The notes under the pieces are model-generated. The model saw only the letters and a program-made list of their open reading frames with translations, had not been told where the DNA came from and did no database searches. The position numbers and the translations under genes are program-made. A DNA stretch of 37,197 bases. Source: Octopus bimaculoides. Its lineage: Eukaryota. Below, piece after piece: positions 1-11,360 of the stretch; position 1 is the stretch's first letter; each line of letters starts with the position of its first letter. The stretch is from contig NC_068997.1 in assembly GCF_001194135.2 (NCBI RefSeq), positions 28,505,588 through 28,542,784 on the forward strand. The letters are read 5' to 3'.

Positions 1-362
1 GTCTCTTGTGTTTTTTTTTTTTTCGTCGGCTCTTCATTTTTTTTACGAGTTGTTTGAGAGGTAATTCCGTTATCACGTCGGGGGTCACCAGTTATAAGAA
101 TTGGATGAGATATGACGGCTCGACCGTCTCTCCCCAGTTCTTATATTAATCATTAAAATCCAGAAATACAACAACACGAGGGATAACGGTAACAACAGAA
201 CATAGTAGAGCCGTTTCGTTCCTGGGTGAATAGGCATGCCGCTAGAATACCAAAGGAAGCTTCGACCACATGTCGGGGTCGAGTTGAGAGATACGTGTTG
301 TCGCCACCGCTGCTAGAGAGAAAAAAGATTGAACACTATTGCTTTTTCTCCACCTGTTGCAT

Positions 363-440
363 TGCGCATGCGTGCTCGGGTACTTCCGCTGACGGCAAGT
401 CCCTTGCACATGCGCAATGGCACTTCCCAAGATGGCGGCC
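363..440. promoter_or_regulatory. CpG-rich housekeeping-type, possibly bidirectional, core promoter
   Basis: Within 80 bp: TGCGCATGCG (363-372, NRF1 consensus), ACTTCCG (382-388, ETS/GABP), TGCACATGCGCA (405-416, second NRF1-like) and CAAGATGGCGGCC (428-440, YY1 consensus). CpGs are locally retained in an AT-rich background. Confidence 0.75.
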
Positions 441-2126
441 ACACGCGCCACTACAGATGCTTGATAGGCAGTCTCTTCAAGTTGAGCCACTGCCTAAGAG
501 GAAGGATTTCTTAGGCAGAGAAGCACAAAGGTTTCATGAATGGCTCATTGCATTCTTTCAGTTGTTGTTTAACTGACCAATAATCAAAAGGATTCCTTCC
601 TGTCTTTTCAGGGATATCTAGGATGCCAATTTAATGAATAGTGATGGGAATATTTAGCGTGGTTTCTGATATTTTGGGCTCCATGCAAGCATAGTTGTGC
701 AAAGTCCATAACTTGAAATTATAGACTTACCGGTTACTTAAAAGCTGGCAGGCTTTTTAAAATAGCCAGAGATCAATAGGGTAATGAAGCGGGTAATCAA
801 TAGGGTTTTGGAGCAAGTCAGTTAATTTCATATCAATGGCGAAAGACATTAAGGTATGAATTTTGAATAGGAAACACTCTTCATCCTAGCATGTCAGTAT
901 GGTAGATTCTTTCACTGCAAGTCCCCGCCTTGGTTGTGCTATTCTTTAGGGTTCTGCTGCTTTCTCAGCAGGAGAAAATTATTTTTAAATATCCAACGTC
1001 ACCTACCAGCGACATATTTTCATGCAACTTCTTCTAAAATCACTTGTATTCGCAATCCTTTGACAGGGTCGTTTTTGTCTGACTTTGATTTAAAACTTAT
1101 TGAGACGACGGAGGGAACAGCAAGAAAACACATGGTTTCGCGAAAGAATCTGACTATCCATTAGTCTAAGACAATACTACTAGCGTCTTCTCTATTTTTA
1201 AATTATCTGTTTTGTTTTTAAAATTACTATGTGCTAATATTTTATGTAAGTTATCATTATATAACTATTAGTATGATGTAATATATAACGAATAACTGAA
1301 GGAATTAACAAGATATTACTTTGACTCTCGACGAAACTATCTCCAGAGAAACGCAAAGACTGTTTGTATTTATTTGGATAAAACAAATTACACCACAAAA
1401 ATAACCCAAACAAACAACTGAAGTAAAACACGTGGCGATAGATAATAAACAGTTCTTGTATCCCTTTTAATATATTTCCTTTTCAAATATAAAAAAAAAG
1501 ACACGCAGGGGTTCTGGCTGTCAAAAGAAAAAAAACAAAGAACCTGAAAAGTAATAACTGGAAATTTTGACGCCACGAAAGAATATTTGTATTTCTTTAA
1601 ACTAAACATTTACCGGCGTTTGGGGAAAAAGTCTTGAAATATCTTAGATGTAAAAACTTACTGCTTAGCTTTTAGCTGGATTTATATAAGTTTTCCACTC
1701 GTCCAGAATAGTTATTTTTGAGACGAAATTTAATCCGTATACTAGAGCATTCAGTAATTTTCTTTTTAAAACTTCTTTAATTCAAAAAGAAACAATTTCT
1801 GTAATTAAGACGAATTGTGGCTATTTATATCTTCATATCGAAAATCAATTGGCTGTTTCGTATTATAGTTAACAATTGTGATTATTTACTATTATTGTAA
1901 TTAAACATTAATTAGAGTGGTAAATATATTACACAAAAATATTAAGTGAAAATTTTAAAAGGAAATAATTTCTTTTTATTATTTAAATTTTGAAATGTTT
2001 TCTTTATTTATTTATGACAGTGTATCTGTGTTGACATGACAATATATTCTAGCTCTGTATGATAGTGACATTACAGCTGATGATACGTGTTGATCGCTTC
2101 ACTGATCGGATCGTCACAACTCAATC

Positions 2127-2184
2127 ATGGGGCAAATCGAATGGGCTATGTGGGCAAACGAGCAAGCAATCGCAAGTTCATTAA
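2127..2184 (+). CDS. CYBA: p22phox (cytochrome b-245 light chain) coding exon 1
   Basis: ATG at 2127 translates to MGQIEWAMWANEQAIASSL, nearly identical to the p22phox N-terminus MGQIEWAMWANEQALAS. 58 nt long, followed by donor GTAAAT at 2185. Confidence 0.97.
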
Positions 2185-2409
2185 GTAAATATATTTTTTC
2201 ATATTCATTTCTTTCTTTCTCCCACCACTCTAACGTATAATCTATTCTCTTTTTTTACTAATTGGGCATTATACAATGTTTCTGTCTCTCAGATCGCTTT
2301 TTTTTCTTCGAAGGGAAAACCCATTGAATACTGTAACTCTAGATACACTATATCCAAAGAAAAGACGGGATGGTCATTGCTGGAATACCGGTGGAATTCT
2401 GCTTTAAGC

Positions 2410-2769
2410 ACGCCATATAATCCCTTATAACTTTTTTCGAAATTAAAAAAAAAAATTGAACTTTTCGAATTTTTTTAAAAATCACAGAGTCTGAATTTTT
2501 GGTTTAAACCCCAGCAATAAACTATTAAATGTGTTTTTTGGGACAAAGATATGGAAAAACATCAATACACGTCAGACTGACTAATAAACGAGGAGGGTAT
2601 GGCGTGGTCGTGAGATGTGCTAAAAATAACAGCTAAATAGTCTTGAATCTTGCACTAAATTCTGTTTGTTTTTCATAGTCGTATGAATTCCCGTGAATAG
2701 AACACAAATTTTCAAAAACGTTTGGAAAATTCTAAAAAATAAAAGAAGCTATGAGGAGTTATATGGCAT
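2410..2769. mobile_element. Putative degenerate MITE with imperfect terminal inverted repeats
   Basis: Left ACGCCATATAATCCCTTATAACT versus reverse complement of the right end ATGCCATATAACTCCTCATAGCT, with weaker similarity continuing inward. No target-site duplication recognised. Confidence 0.35.
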
Positions 2770-3637
2770 AATTCTGCCAGGATACCTTTGATCACCGACC
2801 TGCTCGATCGTCGATGACGCAAGCAGGTTCTCCGAGAGAAATTTAGCAAAAGTAGCTTTCGGAACACTCGGAGCGACGGGGTAGGGTATTTCTTTCAAAA
2901 TTCAAAAAGGATAAGGAGGTATTTTTTATTCTATATTTTTTTCTTTCAGGGAAGGGCTCAACGGATAGTTACGGGTCCTTCGGCATTCCTGGCCACGGAA
3001 CGATGTATCGGTTTAACCCCGTTCCCGTAGGAGTCGGATATAGGATAAACAATAGTAAATAAATGCTTTGTTTTGACGTAGTGGATTAGAATGAATGTAT
3101 TGTATTTTACAATGGGTTAATTGTTTTTATATTTGCTCAACATTTATCGAAAGAGTGTCTACTTATAACGAGCAACATCCTTGTTGTACATATAGTCTGT
3201 TGCCTGTTGATTAGCTTTAAGTTGCATATGCGATATTTTCTGCTCCTTGTCTCAATTGCCAATTTTTTTTCCAAGACATAAAAACAACGGATGTGGGTGC
3301 GCGCTATTAGACTCGATCTACTTTGCACTGATTTCTCATTTAGTTTGTTGGCAGTTTTATCGTGGATGCAAATAATATTACCAAACACAATGTTACCCAC
3401 TCTGTCCCACTCACACGCATGATTTTGCCTTCTTTTTCCATGCCGGCAAGGATTGGACGGACAGACACAGCCCCTGTCAGTTCTTATTGAGTGTCACTGC
3501 TCTCATAGACGGGGGGTCGAGGTCTACGCCTTGCTCATATCATGTCTGGTGGCATGCAAGACGCACTTTAGAAAAAAAGTTTCCCAAAAATCATTGGGTC
3601 TATACTTTGGCATGCCGGTCCCTACACAGCACTAGAG

Positions 3638-3705
3638 CAGAGCTCCGCAACCGGTATGCCGCGGCACACTGTTGTGCCACGAGACGATGCTAGGTGTGCT
3701 ACCGA
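3638..3705 (+). mobile_element. hAT/Charlie-like terminal fragment
   Basis: CAGAGCTCCGCAACCGGTATGCCGCGGCACACTGTTGTGCCACGAG resembles hAT-Charlie ends (CAG...CAACC...GTGCCGCGGCACAC). Partner end not found. Confidence 0.4.
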
Positions 3706-4046
3706 GTTTTGAAAAGAATATAAGTGTCTGGTCCGGTACGCAGACCCACAATCAGGCGATCATTAAGGTGTATGTCTTCATGTGAAAACAAAACCTGGAA
3801 AAAAAACCCTCTTTTTTTAGGAAACATTTTTGTGCTTGATTTCATCAAAGTTTTAAAAATCATCTTCATGATTTAAATTCTTAAAATGTGTTATGCAAAC
3901 CTCATAAGAAAAATTTCCTCTTCATAGATCATGCATTGGTTTAATCATCTTAATCCCCTCTCCTGAATACTTTTTCTAGTTCTTTACATACTGAGTTCAA
4001 ATCCTGCCACAGTGTACTTTGCCTTTCATCCTTTCAGAGTCATCAG

Positions 4047-4345
4047 TATCAGCATTGTTTAATGTCTGCTTTCCAAGCTGGCATGGGTTAGATGGCTCAA
4101 CTGAGGAGCAGCAAGCCGGGAGGCTGCACCAGGCTCCAATCTGATCTGGCAATGTTTCTACAGCTGGATGCCCTTCCTAATGCCAGCTACTCTGAGAGTG
4201 TTTTTTACATGCAACTGGCACAGGAGTCAGTCAGGCGGGCCTAGCATTGATCATGTTTGGATAATGCTTTTTATGTGCCACCGGCATGGGAACTAGTCAG
4301 GGGGCACTGGCATGGGAGCCAGTCAGAGGGCACTGGCATTAAAAT
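4047..4345 (-). mobile_element. SINE with RTE-like 3' tail (family D)
   Basis: Reverse complement of the GGCATTAGGAAGGGCATCCAGCTGTAGAAAC...CCATGCCAGC(A)TGGAAAGCAGACATTAAAC-(GAT)n module also seen at 20963, 25625 and 25992. Confidence 0.75.
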
Positions 4346-4754
4346 AAAATATCAGTCAGGTACTAGGGGTGATGTTATTGACTATCCCCTGCTCTACAAT
4401 TGCTAACATTGTGCCAAAATTTGAAACAATTATCATTATTATTATGAAAACACAATATCACAGTTTTATTGTATTAATAAAATATAATGATTCTATTGTA
4501 TTTAATTAATTATACTAAAGACCCAGTTTATTAACTAAAATGTAAGTGCCTGTTTTTTCTCACACATGAAATATTAGATAACATGTATATATACACACAC
4601 AGCTCTCACTGTATTCTATATTTGCATGTTGATGCTTGTTTCTATGTTGCTATAATAAACACAATTAAATATTAAAATGAAGAAATACTCAATTTCTTTT
4701 TTAGAGCACATATACTTTTACAAGAAGTATGATATGTGACTGCAAAGCTTTGGC

Positions 4755-4920
4755 CGGCATGGCTGTGTGGTAAGAAGCTTGCTTCCTAACCACATGGTTC
4801 TGGCTTCAGTCTCCTTGCATGACAGTGGGGACACTTGGGCAAACATCTGTGTCTCCTACTATAGTCTCAGATTGACCAAAGCCTTGTGAGTGGATTTGGT
4901 AAATGGAAATTGAAACTTGA
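4755..4920 (+). mobile_element. tRNA-head SINE with CORE-like segment (family B), 5' part
   Basis: GGCATGGCTGTGTGGTAAGAAGCTTGCTTCC...TTGGGCAAA...CAAAGCCTTGTGAGTGGATTTGG; homologous to 6586 and 17339. Confidence 0.8.
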
Positions 4921-5052
4921 CTGAGCCTAAATCATTTGAGGCACAAACCTGTGACTGTACCAACTGGTAGTGTTCCGTCACCAGTTGCAACCAAACACTT
5001 CAAAGTCACCAGAAGAGAAAAGGAATTAACATTTTGCTACTAATATATAACC

Positions 5053-5266
5053 CTTTCTACTATAGGCACAAGAACTGAAATTTTGAGGGAGGGGGATAGT
5101 TAATTACATGGACCCCAGTATTCAACTGGTACTCATCTTATTGACCCCGAAAGAATGAAAGGCAAAGTTGGTCTTGGTGGAATTTAAACTAAGGATATGA
5201 AGATGGATGAAATGTCGCTAAGCATTCTGTCTGGCATGCTAACAATTCTGACAACCCATCACCTTA
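5053..5266 (-). mobile_element. tRNA-head SINE with Deu/Nin-like domain (family A)
   Basis: Reverse complement of the family A consensus (…GCCTTTCAT(C/T)CTTTCGGGGTC(G/A)ATAA…AGTACCAG…CCTTGTGCCTA). Confidence 0.8.
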
Positions 5267-5470
5267 TTTTGCTACTAATATAATAAAGTATTGTGCCATA
5301 CCATTATTCCCAATGACTAGAAAGAAAACCATCAAGTGGAAGTGAAAGCAGCTGCAGCAAAGGGAATTATAAAAGGATTCTGTTATTAATCTTGATGTTT
5401 TAAAAATGGTTTGATTTAGGAGAAAAACTCAGTGATATTTGGAAAACGTTTGCAATGTCTCCAGTTAGAA

Positions 5471-5653
5471 TTAAGGCAGTGAGATAGAAGAGTAATGTTT
5501 CGTGGTATTCTGTCTGTCTTCACATTCTGAGGTCAGATTTACCTTTCATCCTTTCAGGGTTGATAAAACAAGTACCAGTTATGCACTGAGGTTGATGTAA
5601 TTGACATACCCCTTCCCTCCAAAATTGCTAGCCATTTGCTAAAATTTGAAACC
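5471..5653 (+). mobile_element. Family A SINE (degenerate)
   Basis: TAAGGCAG start, ACCTTTCATCCTTTCAGGGTTGATAAAACAAGTACCAG, AAATTTGAAACC end. Confidence 0.75.
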
Positions 5654-6187
5654 AATTTCTATAGATAGAGTGAAATTAGGTCAGGCACAGCAGTGACTGT
5701 TCTCTTAAATGTTTGAAAATTGCTTTTCATACATTTCATACGATTTTAAACATTTTTTTCTGACTGTGAAGGACAACAATTAAACTAGATTCGATGGACT
5801 GAGGAGTGCAATGCTCATTCATGTAAAAACTAAAGATTGGTATGATGATATGCAGAAAGTGCAACTCCTGTTGTGAAGCTTTTTTGACTAATAACTACTT
5901 ATCTCTGACTAAAGAGGACTTATTTGTTAATGTTAAAATAACTAGTAAAGCTTTCAGTACTGGCGTTCTTTATCAAAGAAAGCAATCACTCTCTGCAGTA
6001 ACATAACAAAACAAGTGTTCAAGGTCAATGTAAATAACTTTTCTTGGAAGTCCTTGCCTGTCAGGACTTCATTTTGAAAAGTTCCAAAAATTGTGCCACG
6101 ATCTGAGTTGGTTGAAATACTGCTGGTGACATGAAATTAAGGTCCCTCACTTCAAAAATGTAAGAGTCTTTAAGGGTTGCATTAAGT

Positions 6188-6411
6188 TTAACTCTTTAGC
6201 ATCTAAACTGACCATATCCAGCCAAAATATTCTACTTAATTTATGTTGAAACTGGCCAGAACCAGCATCTCACACCTACCCTACAATGTCATTCTAAAAA
6301 TAAACAATCACATCATTGAAATCTCAAAGCTACAAGATAATGATTTACTAAAAACAATGTGAATAAATAAGCAATATATTTAATGGAGTAACCGGAATAC
6401 TTAAGGGTTAA
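6188..6411. mobile_element. piggyBac-type MITE (family P1)
   Basis: TTAA-CTCTTTAGCAT ... ACTTAAGGG-TTAA termini; interior homologous to 15026-15233 and 18353-18592. Confidence 0.75.
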
Positions 6412-6585
6412 TCTTCCTTAAATTTGCCATTTAAATAAAAAAGACTGAATGACTATGAACCTTTCCCAAGACTAGGTCACAAGTTTCTTTTGACTTGTCA
6501 TAGTCCCATGCCTGAAACAAGTAAAAGATACTTGGTCAGGGTTGCCTCTGCAAATTTTCTATTGAAATTATAGCCAGCACATAGG

Positions 6586-6968
6586 TGCAGGCATGATTGT
6601 ATGGTAAGAAGCCTGCTTTCCAACCACATGGTTCTGGGTTCAGTCCCACTGTGTGGCACCTTGGGCAAGTGTCTTCTGCTAAAGCTCCAAGCAAACCAAA
6701 ATCTTGTGAATGGATTTGGTAGACAGAAACTGAAAGAAGCTTGTCATATATATATATATATATATATACATTAATTTGTATGTCTGTGTTTGTTCCCCCA
6801 CAGATGTTGGTGTGTTTACGTCCCTGTAACTTAGCAGTTTGGCAAAAGAGACTGAAAGAATAAGTACCAGGCTTACAAAGAATACGTCCTGGGATCAATT
6901 TCTTCGACTAAAAGGCAGTACTCCAGCATGGCCGCAGTCAAACAACTGAAACAAATAAAAAATGAAAA
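6586..6968 (+). mobile_element. Family B SINE, near full length with internal (TA)n
   Basis: tRNA-like head (GGTTCAGTCCC B-box-like), TTGGGCAAGTGTCTT CORE-like motif, internal microsatellite, 3' CAGCATGGCCGCAGTC...ACTGAAACAAATAAAA. Confidence 0.85.
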
Positions 6969-7062
6969 GAATAGCACTGATGTTGTGTCTCCAGCTTCCA
7001 GCAATGTGTTTAATATGGAAAATTGGTTAATGCAATAAGGTTACACCACTATATTTAGAGTG

Positions 7063-7345
7063 GAGGCACATGGCCTAGTGGTTAGAGCAGCGGACTTACA
7101 GTTGAGGGAACGTGGGTTCGAATTTCAGATCAGGTGATGTGTGTGTTTATGAGTGAAACCCCTAAGCTCCATGTGGCTCCGGCAGAAGATAATGGTGAAC
7201 TTCTGCTGATTCTTTCAATACAACTTTCTCTCACTCTTTCCTCCTGCATCTAGCAGCTCACCTGCGATGGACCTATACATCAATGAAACCTGGAAACTGG
7301 CCCTTATGAGCCAGGCATGGCTCGAGAAGGAACAAACAACAACAA
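7063..7345 (+). mobile_element. tRNA-head SINE with V/Meta-like domain (family E)
   Basis: A box TGGCCTAGTGG, B box GGTTCGAATT, CCTGCGATGGAC motif, (AAC)n tail. Homologous to 27197-27465. Confidence 0.75.
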
Positions 7346-7821
7346 CACTATATTTAGTGGCTATTTAAGCAATGAGTTTGTGGGTGGTTAATGGGTTGGA
7401 TGTGGTGTTGATGAAGGAGAAAAACCTCTTGCAATATGGTATATACACCCATTAACAAAATCAATGCTGATTATAATTTCTATTGAAAATCTGTAGAAAT
7501 AACCTTAACAAGTGATGTGAGAGCACTGCTAACACAGTAGAACACAATGTTGACTTATAAAAGCGTTTAACATACTTTGTAAGTATATTATGGTTGCATA
7601 ACAAAATAAGATAAAAGCAATGGGCAAGTATGTTACTTTTGTACATTTGTTCACCGATCAGGTTCATTATTTTTGCCTTCATTCAAGTCACAAAAAGATC
7701 TGCCAACGAATGCAGTAGAGCGAGAAATTCAGGGTGGGTGTGAGATGAATCATCGGCTTGAAAGCACCTAAAGAAATTCTGCTCAGCTCTTAATAACTCT
7801 TTTGCTCAAATGTACATCCTA

Positions 7822-7939
<118 letters not shown>

Positions 7940-8251
7940 CCCTGAATGGCTCCTGTGCCGGTAGCACATAAAAAGCACCATCTGAACATGGCCAATGCTA
8001 GTGCCACCTGACTGTATTTATAATGGTCATGACACTTAGAAGGACAGACATACCACAGGAATAATTCCTACCTATGCATGTCAAGCTTTCAAAGATTTCT
8101 TAGCATCAACAAGGCTTAAATAATCTCGTTGATCAATGGCAGAGATGCATGGCTCATACTTTGACTAATCAAAACATTTCTACAGTTAATTTTTCTAGAA
8201 TAAAATTATTTCTGAAATCGGTCATTATTTTTGGAACAACTTAATAGAAAA

Positions 8252-8339
8252 CACTTGCTCAAGGTACCATGCCGTGAGACTAAACCCGGAACCATATGGT
8301 TGAGAAACAAGCTTCTTACCACACAGCCATGCCTGCGCC
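8252..8339 (-). mobile_element. Family B SINE 5' fragment
   Basis: Reverse complement GGCGCAGGCATGGCTGTGTGGTAAGAAGCTTGTTTCTCAACCATATGGTTCCGGGTTTAGTC...TTGAGCAAGTG. Confidence 0.8.
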
Positions 8340-8789
8340 TTATTATTGTTTATTTTTAAGTTTAAAAAACCTAAGATAAGCTGCCATGAATAGTTTTTTC
8401 TTGTCACGGAATAAGTCAATCCTATTGCCTTCATAGAAGAGTCACAAACTTTATTGTTTGTAAACTGGGTTGGGTTGTGTCTCTTCTCATTTTAGACTCA
8501 AGTACTTGGAGTTAAAAGCTTCAGATAATGATCAAATTTTCTTTTGTCTCTTATTTTTGATTTATTGTAGAAACTCCCTGTTCCACATCATTTGTCATCA
8601 GTTAATGAGTTCATGTGTATCATGTAACCACTTGCAGTGTCCTGCACACACACACACACACAGTTATATTTGGAGATGGTAATTTTCTGCCAATAAACAC
8701 ACATTTGATCTTTACTTAAGCTTTATTATTATTGTTGTTGTTGCTGTTATTGTTATTGTTATCATATATTATTGTTATCATCATCACCA

Positions 8790-9202
8790 TTATTATTATT
8801 ATCATTGCCTTTGCACAGCTTCTAACGCTGGAGATGTACTACGGTGTCAGCTCTTCACTACCATTGAACTAAGGTAGCACCCCTTATTTTTTGAGCACCA
8901 TCTGGCGTATTTGAGCAGTTCCAAGCAGTGCTGTTTTCTGCAAGTGCTCCACCCTTATTGCAGCCCCTATTTGTTCCATGTAATTCTTGAGATTTTTGCT
9001 TACTGTTCCCAGGGCTCCGACAATTATTGGTACTCTGCTACCTTTTTCATCGACCACAACTGCTTAACTTCCCAAGCTAAGCTGTCATATCTATCGACTT
9101 TTCTTTCTTCCTTATCGCATACCTTGTTGTCAGCTGGGCATCCTATATCTATGATCCAGCATAGTTTGCGTTTTTTTTCTCAATTAAGACTATGTCTGGC
9201 TT
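8790..9202 (-). mobile_element. 3' end of an RLE-type (R2/R4/NeSL group) non-LTR retrotransposon
   Basis: Minus-strand translation across two frameshifts (8884-9202): KPDIVLIEK..KLCWIIDIGCPADNKVCDKEERKVDRYDSLAWEVKQLWSMKKV..VPIIVGALGTVSKNLKNYMEQIGAAIRVEHLQKTALLGTAQI, a PD-(D/E)xK restriction-like endonuclease C-terminus. Short 3' UTR then (TAA)n. Confidence 0.88.
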
Positions 9203-9371
9203 ATCATCATCATCATCATTATTAATTATTATTGTTATTATTATTATTATTATCATCATCATCATCAACATCATCATCATCATCATTTTTGTTGTTGTTA
9301 TTGTTATCATTAGATTTTTGTCGGACTCTTTTTGAGGAGACACAGAATGTGTGACATAACTCTGACAAATA

Positions 9372-9965
9372 ACTAATAATAATGATAATGGTTTCTTTAT
9401 TGGCCACAAGGGCCGAATGCAAAACACATAGGGACAAGTAGGGTTTAGTACAAAGTCATGTGAAATTAACAATTAACAATAACAATTAAATCATCCTCAA
9501 AAGTGGTGAGTTCATCCCAGGGACAACCACACATCCTGGTTGTCCCAACCGCTAAGTGCACCTCAGCAGATGCCTCTTTCCTTCACAACTCCTCCGGTTT
9601 ACAAGCGAATGTTCAGCCTAGGCCCATTCCCACGGGCCGTCTTCATCACATTCACCTTTCGACAAAAATACTGAAAGCCAGAACTTCCCTCTCCACCCTC
9701 ACTTTCCTTTGCAATTGGAACTTGAAAAAAGTCGATGAGGGTTTGGCCTAAGAGGGAAATATTTATCTTCAGTCCTTCCAGTCTTGTCCACCACACTAAC
9801 TCCTTCGCCACAGCTAGCAGACAGAGGGAAACTGTCTCTCCTTCCTGGCCAAAGCAAGGTGTCAGGGCAATCTTCACAAAAGACTCAGCTGATAACCAGA
9901 TCCGTCCTACATGCGTCAGCAGCTGTTCGACAAAGCTCCGCAAGTCAGTAATGCCCAAACACTGG
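9372..9965 (-). mobile_element. 3' end of an L1/Tx1-like LINE
   Basis: Minus ORF 9599-9958 (…AVAKELVWWTRL…GQTLIDFF…) resembles the C-terminus of L1/Tx1 ORF2. AATAAA (9396-9401) and a TAA-rich tail follow. A similar tail occurs at about 33660-33700. Confidence 0.55.
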
Positions 9966-10324
9966 ATGAGTGAATGTAAGACAGTTTTGTTGCCCTACAA
10001 ACATTTTGGACAGATGTGTCTGACAGCACTTCTGTGTCTGGTGAATGGAACATGTCCCTTCCATACAAATTGGAAGAGCAAGCACTCCAGCCTCGATGCA
10101 GTACTAGGCAGTGGCCCTCATAGATTTTGATCTTAACCGATTGGAATAATAATAATCAGAATAAATGATTAAATATGTTATCATGTACATGATTTGTCTT
10201 CTTATAAAAGATGGGCTACTGTAAATATCCAGTCTAATGACTGAAACAAGTAAAAGAATTAAAGAATATACCAAACCATCTGGAGCAAAGAATGGCTGCA
10301 CTTAGGTTCTTGGGAAAGGGAACA

Positions 10325-10505
10325 TCTTCATCATTTAATGTCTGTTGTCCATACTGGCATGAGTTGGATGGTTTGACTGGGCTGGCAAAGACTCAGAAAC
10401 ATGTCTCTGGATGCAGGCTTAGCTGGGTGGAGGTGCTTGTCCTCCCTTGTGAACATAAGGACACTGGAAATGTGCCAAGGCCAACAGGAAGCGGTGCAGC
10501 TTCCT
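10325..10505 (-). mobile_element. Family D RTE-like tail fragment
   Basis: TCATCATTTAATGTCTG...CATACTGGCATGAGTTGGATGGTTTGACTGG is the reverse complement of the RTE-type 3' tail. Confidence 0.6.
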
Positions 10506-10866
10506 AAGTCTAACCAACAGTAGTATTNNNNNNNNNNAGAGATGGCAGTTTGGAATTTATGGCGTGTATCCTTTTAATGTGAATGAAGTCAAAAAGATCT
10601 GTTATTTTTTATGAAATTATTTCATTCATATATCCATTATCAGGAGGTTCCCTTCTCTTTTTTTCATTCCAAAAGCATTGGGCGAATGTGTTTATATTCT
10701 TATATTTCTATTGCAGAGAGGTTTTTTAATACTGTTCCATATTTTAGAGATGAGGAATTATGTACATTAGACGGATAGGTATCTTCACTTTGTTTGTTGT
10801 TGCCACAATGTTTCGACTGATGGACTCTTCAGCCACTACNNNNNNNNNNTTCTGTTTTATTTCTAG

Positions 10867-10936
10867 TTACCATTCTTGGTGGAATCATTGGCATTGTTGG
10901 ATTTTTCAAGAGATGGCAGTTTGGAATTTATGGCGT
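10867..10936 (+). CDS. CYBA: p22phox coding exon 2
   Basis: Acceptor TTTCTAG, 70 nt, (I)TILGGIIGIVGFFKRWQFGIYG(V), donor GTATCC. Phase is compatible with exons 1 and 3. Confidence 0.95.
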
Positions 10937-11123
10937 GTATCCTTTTAATGTGAATGAAGTCAAAAAGATCTGTTATTTTTTATGAAATTATTTCATTCAT
11001 ATATCCATTATCNNNNNNNNNNNNNNNNNNNNNNNNNNNNNNNNNNNNNNNNNNNNNNNNNNNNNNNNNNNNTATTGCAGAGAGGTTTTTTAATACTGTT
11101 CCATATTTTAGAGATGAGGAATT

Positions 11124-11360
11124 ATGTACATTAGACGGATAGGTATCTTCACTTTGTTTGTTGTTGCCACAATGTTTCGACTGATGGACTCTTCAGCCAC
11201 TACACCCTCAGAGTAGTTGGCAATAGGAAGGACATTCAGTTGTAGAAAAGGTTGGGTTGGAAATTCCATCAGGATACCTGATAAAGGCTGGAGAGTATGT
11301 CAGTCGAAATGTTGTGGTAACAACAAACAAGGTGGGCACACCTATCCGTCCATTGTAAAT
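11124..11360. mobile_element. Inverted-repeat element (75-bp arms, about 80% identical) of Penelope-like pLTR type, in CYBA intron 2
   Basis: Arm 11124-11198 versus reverse complement of 11286-11360: 15 mismatches in 75, 87-bp spacer. The right arm carries a hammerhead-like core. Confidence 0.75.
11275..11316 (+). ncRNA. Degenerate minimal type I hammerhead ribozyme motif
   Basis: TAC-CTGATAA-A-GGCTG(GAGAGTATGT)CAGTC-GAAA-TG-TT-GTG. Stem I TAC/GTG, 5-bp stem II, GAAA, putative GUU cleavage triplet. Core G8 is changed to A and there is no loop III. Confidence 0.5.

Noticed and set aside
226-576. ORFs 226-576 (+), 242-490 (-) and 329-514 (+)
   Set aside because: They overlap the promoter motif cluster, have no recognisable domain, and are expected by chance in GC-richer sequence. 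The ATG inside the YY1 motif opens only 10 codons.
1-2126. MVD as the neighbour of CYBA, as in mammals
   Set aside because: No MVD-like peptide was recognised anywhere in the window, so this synteny cannot be supported.
2940-3060. GC-rich stretch after a polypyrimidine-AG in CYBA intron 1 (possible cassette exon or structured RNA)
   Set aside because: No homology to p22phox or a known RNA was recognised and no convincing donor was found; exons 1 and 2 already join in frame.
10538-10839. Apparent duplication of the 3' part of CYBA exon 2 and its donor
   Set aside because: Identical to 10909-11203, isolated between two 10-N gaps, and it contains the bases missing from the N run at about 11013-11072. 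It is most simply a misplaced overlapping contig.
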